Part shown: positions 1 through 7,764 of the stretch, in pieces
Layout: every line of letters starts with the position of its first letter
Numbering within the stretch: position 1 is the first letter of the stretch
IMG/VR virus record: IMGVR_UViG_3300036900_000090
Coordinates: 1 to 57,885 of that record
Reading direction: 5' to 3' (one strand)
Origin: a virus
Taxonomy: Duplodnaviria > Caudoviricetes
DNA: 57,885 nucleotides
Made by a program: the position numbers and the translations under genes
The notes under the pieces: model-generated
What the model was told of the DNA's origin: nothing
The model's database searches: none
Seen by the model: the letters and a program-made list of their open reading frames with translations, nothing else

Positions 1-2
1 GG

Positions 3-125
3 ATCCACGACGACATCGTGGACGCGCTGTCCGGCGCGTTCGGCGTGGTCGGCCTGGGGCAGAAGGGCATCGTCATATCGCCCGAGGCCATGAGCCGCTT
101 CGCGACCCGCGTGGTGCACCGCTGA
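3..125 (+). CDS. terL: Terminase large subunit, C-terminal fragment (5' truncated)
   Basis: Frame from nt 3 reads IHDDIVDALSGAF...HR*. HDDxxDA is the RNase H-like nuclease motif at the end of TerL. The stop overlaps the portal ATG (TGATG). Confidence 0.85.
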   Translation: MHDDIVDALSGAFGVVGLGQKGIVISPEAMSRFATRVVHR

Positions 126-3100
126 TGCTTCGCCTGCTGCCACGCCTGCGCCGTGCGCCCGCACCGGCCCCGCGGCCGCGCGTCGAGCCTACCGTGACAT
201 GGCCGCAGCGCGCGCCGATGCGCGTCTCGCTCTCCGCGCTCGCCGCCAGCCTGAGCAAGCCGGCCCCGCTCGAGCCCAAGGTCAATCCGTTCCAACTGCC
301 GCGCTATCCCAAGGGCGTGCTGCCGGGTGGCCGCACCGAACTGGCGATGGACGAGAACACGACGCAGATCGTCGCCTCGGCCTGGGACTTTGGTGCGGCG
401 ATTCACGGGCTCTGGGCCGAAGGCATCGGCTTCATGGGCTACCCGTATCTGGCCGAGTTGAGCCAGCGGGCCGAATACCGCCGCGCGTCCGAGGTGATCG
501 CCGAGGAAATGACGCGCAAGTGGATCAAGCTCAAGGCCACCGGCGAGAACGACAAAACCGACAAGATCAAGGTGCTCAACCAACGCCTCGACCAATTCAA
601 GGTGCGCGAGGCATTCCGCGAGGCGCTGGAGCACGACGGCTTCTTCGGCCTGGGCTTCCTCCTGCTCGACTTCGACGACGACGACGCCGAGCTGCGCACG
701 CCGCTGGCGATCACGCCGGAGAAGATCGGCCGGCATCGGCTCCGCGCAATCAGGGTGGTCGATCCCACATGGACCGCGCCCAACCGCTACGACGCGCGCG
801 ATCCGACCTCGCCGTCCTTCTACCGGCCGCAGAGCTGGTTCGTCATGGGCCGCGAGATCCACGCCACTCGCATGATGTCGATGGTGTCACGCCCGCTGCC
901 CGACATCCTCAAGCCGGCGTTCAACTTCGGCGGCCTGTCGCTGTCGCAGATGATGAAGCCCTACGTGGACAACTGGCTGCGCACCCGCCAATCGGTGTCC
1001 GACCTGATCAACGCCTTCACCGTGTTCAACCTGTCGACCAACCTCGAAGGGCTGCTGGCCGGTGCCGGCGGCGAGGCCGAGAACCAACGCCTTGAAATCA
1101 TGACCAACATCCGCAGCAACCGCGGCATGTTGGTGACCGACAAGAACACCGAAGAGCTGAAGAACATCTCGGCGCCGTTGGGCACCCTCGATCACCTCCA
1201 GGCGCAATCGCAGGAGCACATCTGCTCGGTTATTGCCGTGCCGTTGGTCAAATACCTCGGCGTCACGCCCTCCGGTCTGAACGCCAGCGCCGACGGCGAA
1301 ATCCGCGTGTTCTATGACGGCATCAAGGCGCGCCAGGAGAAGGTGTGCGGCGATCGCGTCCGCACCATCCTGCGCGTGCTGCAGCTCGACGAGTGGGGCG
1401 AGATCGATCCCGAGATCGACTACGAGTTCGTGCCGCTGTGGGAGCTGGACGAGGCGGGCGCCGCCACGGTGCGCAAGACCAACGCCGACACCGATCAGGT
1501 GCTCACCACCCTGGGCGCGATCGACCCCGACGAGGTGCGTCAGCGCATCGCCGCCGAGCCGGACAGCCCCTATGCCGGGCTCGACCTGAGCAAGCCGGCG
1601 CCGGGCCCGCCGCAACCGCCGGGCGGCGAGGGCGGCGAGGGCGGTATGCCGCCCGGTGGAGGCCAGGACACCGACCCGGCCACGTCGGAGGCGATTCTGT
1701 CCGCGTTGCGCGGTCAGGGCATGTCGGATGCGACCGCGCAGGCCTTGTTCGATGCGCTGCAGATCGGCGGAACCGAGGACGATGCCGGGCAGGCGTTCCT
1801 CGACGCGCTGCGCGGGCCGGATGGCGTCATCCTCGACACGCTGCGCGACAAGGCCGGCGATCCGACCGGCAAGATGTTCCTCGACGCCTTGCGCGGGAAG
1901 CCCGACGCGGCCCGGGTGATGCTCGACGCGCTGGCCGCCGACGCCGCGATCGAAGCGGACCCCGACGAGCGCGAGGCGTTGGAGGACGACGAGGCCAGGA
2001 TCGCCACCGTGCTGGCCGAGTTGGGCATCGCCGAGGACGCGGCGGCCTGGGAGGAAACGAAGCATCCGCGCGACGACGACGGCAAGTTCGGATCAGGCGG
2101 TGGTGGGGGTGGTGGCGGTGGCAAGGCGAAATCGCACTCGCTGCCCGACCATCCGGCGTTCCTCGACAAATACGCCAAGGGCATGAAGGCGATCGTCACG
2201 GGCGGCGTGGCCTATGGCGAGACACCGAAAGAGATCGGCGACAAGATCAAGGCGTTCGTCGGCCAGTTCGCGCACGGCTCGATCGCCAAGTACGGCAACA
2301 CGGTGCTCGGCGCGATCGAGAAGGGCAACGGGCTGCCGAAGGGCTCGCTGGGCGAGGCGAAGCCGAAGGGCAAAGGCGCGACGCCGATGCCGGCCGCGAA
2401 GCCAGCGCCCAAGCCGGCAGCGCCCAAGCCGCAGGCAGCATCGCCAGCCGACCTCGACGAACCTGCGCCCGACTATGAATCGGATATGGACGTCGAGGGA
2501 CCAACGCCGCACGCTGGTTCCGTGCCGCAGCAGGCCATCCACGCGATCGCCACCGGCCCCGGCACCGACGCCGAGAAGATCGCGCAGATCAAGGCCAATT
2601 CGATCGTGCAGGGCTACCCGCACGGCTTCACCGCGCAGTTCGCGAAGGAATGGATCAAGGCGCTCGGCGGCAATACCGACGACATGGGACCCGCCACCTC
2701 GCCCGCGCCCACGCCGGCTAAACCGAAGGCGACCAAGGCGAGCGGCGCGACCGTCCCCGGCACGGCGAAAGGCGCCCCTGGCGTGACGACGCACAACGAT
2801 CCCGACGTGATCCAATGGGCCAGCAAACTGTTCGGCAGCGCGGCCAAGCCGTCGAGCACCAGTTCCGCCGGTGCCAAGAAGATTGCCCCGTCGCTGGAAA
2901 AGTCGTTCTGGGGCAGGGTGCCGGCTGTCGCGAAATCGGCACTCACGTCGTACCAGGGCACCGGCCACCACGCGATGAACGGCGTGCTGCGCGGCCAGAT
3001 CGATCCGGCGCACACCGATGCGGTCGGCAAGATCAAGGCGGTGCACAAGCTGTTTCAGGACGAGGCGACGAAGCTCACCGAGGACGTCATCATGCGCCGC

Positions 3101-3415
3101 GGTGTTGGCGTCTTCGATCCCAAGCTGGTGCCGACATGGAAAACGCAACTGGCTCACGGTCTGCCCTGCATCTACACCGCGGAAGGTTTCGTCTCGGCGA
3201 GCATGGCCGATCAGGCCGCGTTCAGCAGCAAGCCCCTGATCTTCGAGATGATCTGCCGCAAGGGCACCCGGGCGATCGGCGTTGACGGGATGAAAGACAT
3301 TGGCGAGAACGAATTGCTGCTGTCGCACGGGCAGCAGTTCGAGGTCTACGAGATCAAGGAAGCCACCCATCAAACCGTGATCCGCATGGTCTCGGGCAAG
3401 GCGCTGGAGGATTGA
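125..3415 (+). CDS. Portal protein (DUF1073-type) fused to a C-terminal ADP-ribosyltransferase domain
   Basis: Follows terL. Portal motifs FMGYPYLAELSQRAEY...MTRKWI, IHATRM, PLVKYLGVTPSGLNAS, FVPLW, PDEVRQRI in the first ~490 aa. ART motifs YQG..MNGVLRG, MRRG (3092), GFVSAS (3185), ENELLL (3305). Confidence 0.9.
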   Translation: MLRLLPRLRRAPAPAPRPRVEPTVTWPQRAPMRVSLSALAASLSKPAPLEPKVNPFQLPRYPKGVLPGGRTELAMDENTTQIVASAWDFGAAIHGLWAEGIGFMGYPYLAELSQRAEYRRASEVIAEEMTRKWIKLKATGENDKTDKIKVLNQRLDQFKVREAFREALEHDGFFGLGFLLLDFDDDDAELRTPLAITPEKIGRHRLRAIRVVDPTWTAPNRYDARDPTSPSFYRPQSWFVMGREIHATRMMSMVSRPLPDILKPAFNFGGLSLSQMMKPYVDNWLRTRQSVSDLINAFTVFNLSTNLEGLLAGAGGEAENQRLEIMTNIRSNRGMLVTDKNTEELKNISAPLGTLDHLQAQSQEHICSVIAVPLVKYLGVTPSGLNASADGEIRVFYDGIKARQEKVCGDRVRTILRVLQLDEWGEIDPEIDYEFVPLWELDEAGAATVRKTNADTDQVLTTLGAIDPDEVRQRIAAEPDSPYAGLDLSKPAPGPPQPPGGEGGEGGMPPGGGQDTDPATSEAILSALRGQGMSDATAQALFDALQIGGTEDDAGQAFLDALRGPDGVILDTLRDKAGDPTGKMFLDALRGKPDAARVMLDALAADAAIEADPDEREALEDDEARIATVLAELGIAEDAAAWEETKHPRDDDGKFGSGGGGGGGGGKAKSHSLPDHPAFLDKYAKGMKAIVTGGVAYGETPKEIGDKIKAFVGQFAHGSIAKYGNTVLGAIEKGNGLPKGSLGEAKPKGKGATPMPAAKPAPKPAAPKPQAASPADLDEPAPDYESDMDVEGPTPHAGSVPQQAIHAIATGPGTDAEKIAQIKANSIVQGYPHGFTAQFAKEWIKALGGNTDDMGPATSPAPTPAKPKATKASGATVPGTAKGAPGVTTHNDPDVIQWASKLFGSAAKPSSTSSAGAKKIAPSLEKSFWGRVPAVAKSALTSYQGTGHHAMNGVLRGQIDPAHTDAVGKIKAVHKLFQDEATKLTEDVIMRRGVGVFDPKLVPTWKTQLAHGLPCIYTAEGFVSASMADQAAFSSKPLIFEMICRKGTRAIGVDGMKDIGENELLLSHGQQFEVYEIKEATHQTVIRMVSGKALED

Positions 3416-3419
3416 GCCG

Positions 3420-3599
3420 ATGGCGAAAGAGCCAACGACCCCGCGTGACGAATTCGGCGGCCTCGCCTCGGTGGGCGACGACGTGATCTATGACGGCACC
3501 GCCGCCACCCTGGGCACCCCGCCGCTGAAGAAAACCACCGAGCTGGTGAACATCGACGACCTGCCCGATCCCGAGGGCGACGACGCCACCGAGGACTGA
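3420..3599 (+). CDS. Small acidic protein, 59 aa (not in ORF track)
   Basis: MAKEPTTPRDEFGG...DDLPDPEGDDATED*. GGAGG upstream and stop coupled to the MuF ATG (TGATG), so it fills the gap exactly. Confidence 0.7.
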   Translation: MAKEPTTPRDEFGGLASVGDDVIYDGTAATLGTPPLKKTTELVNIDDLPDPEGDDATED

Positions 3600-4411
3600 T
3601 GCCGCGCCGCCCGATCCACACGGGCGGGAAACCGCAGGTTCTCGCGGCCGTCCGTCCGAACGTCGGGCTTGAGGCGGGCTACCGCCGCGCGCTCGACACG
3701 CTGCTCGCCGACATGCACGCCTCGCTGACGCACTTCCTCACCGCGCAATACCGCCGCAACCCGCCCGTCATGGCCCAGGACAGCCCGGCGTCGGACATGG
3801 CGGCGGCGATGCGGATCCTTCGGCGACGCTGGCAGTCGCGTTTCGACATCGCCTCACAACGGCTGGCGAAGCACTACGGCAAGACGATCGCGAAACGCTC
3901 GGACGCGCAGCTGCAGGCGATCCTCAAACGCGCCGGCATCGCGGTCGAATTCAAGATGACGCCGGCGATGACCGACATCCTCAACGCGACGATCAGCCAG
4001 CAGGTCGGGCTCATCAAGTCGATCGGCGCCGAGCACTTGGCCCAGGTCGAGGGGCTGGTGATGCGCAGCGTGCAGCAGGGCGGCGACCTCGCGACGCTGA
4101 CCCGCGAGCTGCAGAAGCGCTACGGCGTGACGAAGAAGCGGGCCGCGCTGATCGCCCGCTCGCAGAACAGCATGGCGACCGCCTCGATGACCCGCGCGCG
4201 TCAACAGGAACTCGGCATGACCGAGGCGGTCTGGCTGCACAGCCATGCGGGCAAGGAGCCGCGCGAGACCCACATCGCCAATAGCGGCAAGACTTACAAC
4301 GTGGCTGAGGGTTGGTACGATCCCGATCCGCGCGTGCGCGAGCGCATCTGGCCTGGGCAGCTCATCAACTGTCGCTGCGTGTCGAAACCCATCGTGCCAG
4401 GATTCACATGA
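3599..4411 (+). CDS. Head morphogenesis protein (MuF / SPP1 gp7 family)
   Basis: RAALIARSQ, WLHSHAGKEPRETH and PGQLINCRC C-terminal motifs; position after the portal. Confidence 0.92.
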   Translation: MPRRPIHTGGKPQVLAAVRPNVGLEAGYRRALDTLLADMHASLTHFLTAQYRRNPPVMAQDSPASDMAAAMRILRRRWQSRFDIASQRLAKHYGKTIAKRSDAQLQAILKRAGIAVEFKMTPAMTDILNATISQQVGLIKSIGAEHLAQVEGLVMRSVQQGGDLATLTRELQKRYGVTKKRAALIARSQNSMATASMTRARQQELGMTEAVWLHSHAGKEPRETHIANSGKTYNVAEGWYDPDPRVRERIWPGQLINCRCVSKPIVPGFT

Positions 4412-4602
4412 GCGCGTTCACCCACACGAACCTCGGCCGCGAGGTCCGCGTCGAACAGAACGGCCGCACGGTCAAGCTGGCGTTCGTCTGCGGCACGCGC
4501 ATCCAGGCCGACCAGCTCGCTGATGATCTGCTGCGCCAACTGCAATCCGGCGAACTTAATCTGACGCTGATGGGCAAGCCGACCTCAATCACCGAGGACT
4601 GA
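4408..4602 (+). CDS. Hypothetical protein, 64 aa
   Basis: ATGA overlap with the MuF stop; MSAFTHTNLGREVRVEQ... Confidence 0.6.
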   Translation: MSAFTHTNLGREVRVEQNGRTVKLAFVCGTRIQADQLADDLLRQLQSGELNLTLMGKPTSITED

Positions 4603-4607
4603 ATGCC

Positions 4608-4790
4608 ATGCAGGAAGTCGCCATCGTCTACTTCGTGGTCGCATGGTTGGCGTGCTGGCTGGTCGATCTGATCGTCATCGTTGCACGCGGACCGGTGCTC
4701 ATCGACCCGATCCTCAAACTGATCATCGTCGTGCTGTGCCTCGCGGTCGTGCTGATGCGCCTGTACCGGCACGGCTGGCTTCTGACATAG
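4608..4790 (+). CDS. Small membrane protein (two hydrophobic helices)
   Basis: 60 aa, two long hydrophobic stretches, in operon. Confidence 0.6.
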   Translation: MQEVAIVYFVVAWLACWLVDLIVIVARGPVLIDPILKLIIVVLCLAVVLMRLYRHGWLLT

Positions 4791-4802
4791 GGAGCGCGCG
4801 CC

Positions 4803-4964
4803 ATGAGCCTGCTCTGGATCATCCTGATCATCCTGCTGGTGCTGGCGCTCGTCGGCTCGTTCCCGACGTGGCCGCACGCGCAGGCATGGGGCTATTACCC
4901 GTCCGGCGGTGTCGGTCTGATCCTGCTGATACTCGTCATCCTGCTGCTGCTCGGACGCATCTGA
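4803..4964 (+). CDS. DUF3309-family small membrane protein, 53 aa (not in ORF track)
   Basis: MSLLWIILIILLVLALVGSFPTWPHAQAWGYYPSGGVGLILLILVILLLLGRI* matches the P-x-W-P-H...WGY-x-PSGG...LLGRI signature. GGAG RBS at 4791. Confidence 0.85.
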   Translation: MSLLWIILIILLVLALVGSFPTWPHAQAWGYYPSGGVGLILLILVILLLLGRI

Positions 4965-4970
4965 CGCGCC

Positions 4971-7391
4971 ATGCCTGACGGCTCGCTCGGCGCGTTGTTC
5001 TGCCGCGCGCTGGCGCAGGACGCGCGGGCCGACCACGAGGATCTGCATCGCGTGCTGTCCGACCTGCTCGCCTACGAGCACTGGTGGCGCGCGACCGATC
5101 CGGCGCAGGACGCCGATTGGAAAGAGTCCGATCATCCCCGCTCGGATGACGGCAAGTTCGGCAGCGGCGGGGGAGGCAGCAGCAAGACCGCCTCGCAGTC
5201 GTTCGGCAAGAAGGGCGACAAGCCGCCCGCATCGCTGAACGGCGTCGCCTTCGCCTCATGGAAACCGCCATCGGACGCGATGGGCTGGGAGAACGCAGCA
5301 GAGGAAGGCCCGGGCTTCGCCGAGCCCGCGCCGCCCAAGCCGCCGACCTACACCGACGACAAGGGCAAGACGCACGAGAAGAAGCTGGGCGCCGGGGTGA
5401 TCATCCGCGAACCGGACGGGCGCGTGTGGATCATGCACCCGACCAACGCCTACGGCGGCTACAAGGCGACCTTCCCGAAGGGCGGCATCGACAAGGGCTA
5501 TTCGCCGCGGGCGACCGCGCTCAAGGAAGCCTTCGAGGAAACCGGCCTGCGCGTCGAGCTGACGGGCTTCGCCGGCGACATCGAACGCGACACCTCGATG
5601 GCGCGCTACTACTTCGCCAAGCGCATCGGCGGGACGCCGGCCGACCACGGCAAGGAGGCCGAGCGGATCACGCTGGCCCCGGTGGGCGATCTCAAGACGC
5701 ACCTCAACCGCAGCGTCGATCGCAAGATGGTCGACACGCTGCTGGGCGACGCGGGCACCAAGCCCGCCGCTGCACCGAAGCCGGGCGCTACGCTCGACCT
5801 CGCCTCGATGAAGCAGATCGGCGGCAAGCTCGGATCGAACCCAGGCGGGCGCTATCAGGACGCCAGCGGCAAGCAGTACTACGTCAAACAGTCGAAGAGC
5901 CTCGACCACGCGAAGAACGAGCTGCTGGCCGCGCGGCTCTATGAGGCGGTCGGCTCGCCGGTGCTCGCGGCGATGCCGGTCAAGATGGGCAACAAGCTCG
6001 GCACGGCGACGGAGTGGCAGAAGTCCACGCCGATCGATCGGCATGATCCGGCGCAGCGCAAGGAAGCGCAGGCGCATTTCGCAACCCATGCCTGGCTGGC
6101 GAACTGGGACGCTGCCGGGCTCGAGTACGACAACCAGGGCCGCGTCGGCGGGAAGATGACGACGCTCGATCCGGGCGGCTCGCTGCTGTTCCGGGCGCAG
6201 GGCGGGCCGAAGGGCTCGGCGTTCGGCAACAGCGTGGGCGAGTGGGATTCGCTGCGCAGCCCGTCGAACGCGCAGGCGCATCGCATCTTCGGCGAGATGA
6301 CCCCGGCGCAGCTCAAGGCGTCGGCCGCACAGGTGACGAAGGTGCCCGACGCGACGATCCGCGCGCTGGTCGAGGAGCACGGCCCGGGCACGGCGGAACA
6401 GCGCAAGGCGCTGGCCGACAAGCTGATCGCCCGCAAGGCGGACATCGCGAAACGCGCGGGCGCGGTGGCGCAGGACGCGGAATTCAAGGAGAGCGACCAC
6501 CCGCGCAGCGACGATGGCAAGTTCGGCTCGGGCGGCGGCGGGGCGGCACCGGGCAAGGGCAAGGCATCGCTCGGCAACGCAGGAACGATGAAGCCGTTGG
6601 CGAAGGGCACGACACCGCCCGCGCATATCGCCGCATTGAAGGTGCCGCCGGGCTGGTCGGACGTGCACTACAACCCCGACCCCAAGGGCTCGCTGCTGGT
6701 CACCGGCCGCGACGCCAAGGGCCGACGCACCGCGATCTACTCCGGCGAGTTCTCGGCGGCCAATGCGGCGGCGAAGTTCGCGCGCGTCAACGAGCTGATG
6801 CAGAAGTTCGACGCCATCGCCAAGCAGAACGACGCGGCGAAGAAGGACCCGGCGAAGCGCGATGTCGCCGAGGCGCTTGAGCTGGTGATGAAGATGGGCA
6901 TCCGCCCCGGCAGCGAGCGCGACACGGGCGCCGACAAGCAGGCGTATGGCGCGACGACGCTGGAAGGCCGGCACGTGCGCGTGACGTCCACCGGCAAGGT
7001 GTCGCTGCAGTTCACCGGCAAGAAGGGCGTCGATCTCAACCTGCCGGTCGAGGACGCAGGGCTGGCGAAGATGTTGGCGCGGCGCAAGCTGAAGGCAGGG
7101 GCCAAGGGCAAGCTGTTCGGCGTGACCGACGCCGCGCTGCGCGAGCACTCGCACGACATGGACGGCGGCGGCTTCAAGACGAAGGACTTCCGCACGCATC
7201 TCGGCACCAAGACCGCGATGGGCGAGGTCGCACAGCGGGATGCCCCGGCATCGCCCACCGCCTACAAGCGCGCGGTGCGCGAGGTGGCGAAGGTCGTCGC
7301 GTCGAAGCTCGGCAACACCGCCGCGGTTGCGCTCCAGGCGTACATCGCGCCCGAGGTGTTCTCCGAATGGCGGGCGGCGGCTGGCGCATGA
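4971..7391 (+). CDS. Multidomain polyprotein: Nudix hydrolase + PI3/4K/HipA-like kinase fold + DNA topoisomerase IB
   Basis: Nudix box GGIDKGYSPRATALKEAFEETGL (5481-5549). Kinase-like GSNPGG..YYVK..NE..HAWLANWD..DN..LDPGGSL. Topo IB pentad R6903, K7020, R7191 (KDFRT), N7314 (LGNT), Y7341 (YIAP). Confidence 0.88.
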   Translation: MPDGSLGALFCRALAQDARADHEDLHRVLSDLLAYEHWWRATDPAQDADWKESDHPRSDDGKFGSGGGGSSKTASQSFGKKGDKPPASLNGVAFASWKPPSDAMGWENAAEEGPGFAEPAPPKPPTYTDDKGKTHEKKLGAGVIIREPDGRVWIMHPTNAYGGYKATFPKGGIDKGYSPRATALKEAFEETGLRVELTGFAGDIERDTSMARYYFAKRIGGTPADHGKEAERITLAPVGDLKTHLNRSVDRKMVDTLLGDAGTKPAAAPKPGATLDLASMKQIGGKLGSNPGGRYQDASGKQYYVKQSKSLDHAKNELLAARLYEAVGSPVLAAMPVKMGNKLGTATEWQKSTPIDRHDPAQRKEAQAHFATHAWLANWDAAGLEYDNQGRVGGKMTTLDPGGSLLFRAQGGPKGSAFGNSVGEWDSLRSPSNAQAHRIFGEMTPAQLKASAAQVTKVPDATIRALVEEHGPGTAEQRKALADKLIARKADIAKRAGAVAQDAEFKESDHPRSDDGKFGSGGGGAAPGKGKASLGNAGTMKPLAKGTTPPAHIAALKVPPGWSDVHYNPDPKGSLLVTGRDAKGRRTAIYSGEFSAANAAAKFARVNELMQKFDAIAKQNDAAKKDPAKRDVAEALELVMKMGIRPGSERDTGADKQAYGATTLEGRHVRVTSTGKVSLQFTGKKGVDLNLPVEDAGLAKMLARRKLKAGAKGKLFGVTDAALREHSHDMDGGGFKTKDFRTHLGTKTAMGEVAQRDAPASPTAYKRAVREVAKVVASKLGNTAAVALQAYIAPEVFSEWRAAAGA

Positions 7392-7465
7392 TCCGCCGTC
7401 TCGCCGGCAGCGTGCTGTTCTGGATCGGCGTGCTGATCGGCATCTGGATCATCCTGTCGAACTGA
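7388..7465 (+). CDS. Possible 25-aa single-TM microprotein
   Basis: ATGA overlap with the polyprotein stop; MIRRLAGSVLFWIGVLIGIWIILSN*. Confidence 0.4.
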   Translation: MIRRLAGSVLFWIGVLIGIWIILSN

Positions 7466-7545
7466 CGGCCAAGAACCCGGCCGGGTGAGGCCAGACGGTG
7501 ACCCCTCCACTCCTTACGGGGCCAGGGGCGGAGGGCCATCACCGC

Positions 7546-7764
7546 ATGAGCGACCCGCCAACCTGCCGGCGCTGCGAATACTGGCTGCCCGGCACGCTCG
7601 ACATGATCGAGACCGCCGCCGTCGGCGAGTGCCTGTCCAAGCACAGCCACGTCGATCGCGCGCCCGCCGATCACTTCTGCCCACACTTCAGCGAGGACGC
7701 GAACCGCTATGAGCGAGCGCCTTCCCGCACCCGAACTACCCGACGCGCGATGGGGCACGGCTGA
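7546..7764 (+). CDS. Small Cys-rich putative metal-binding protein
   Basis: GGAGG at 7530; CRRC..GEC..FCPHF pattern. The 3' end overlaps the protease ORF start. Confidence 0.5.
   Translation: MSDPPTCRRCEYWLPGTLDMIETAAVGECLSKHSHVDRAPADHFCPHFSEDANRYERAPSRTRTTRRAMGHG

Noticed and set aside
125-1600. Calling the DUF1073 region an anti-CBASS Acb1 nuclease
   Set aside because: Position after terL and the motifs indicate a portal; no paired HxT/S 2H-phosphoesterase motifs were recognised.
6560-7391. Tyrosine integrase
   Set aside because: The N-terminal VPPGW..GRDAKGR and the YGATTL, FTGKKG, KDFRT and LGNT motifs are those of bacterial-type topo IB, not the HxLRH integrase pattern.
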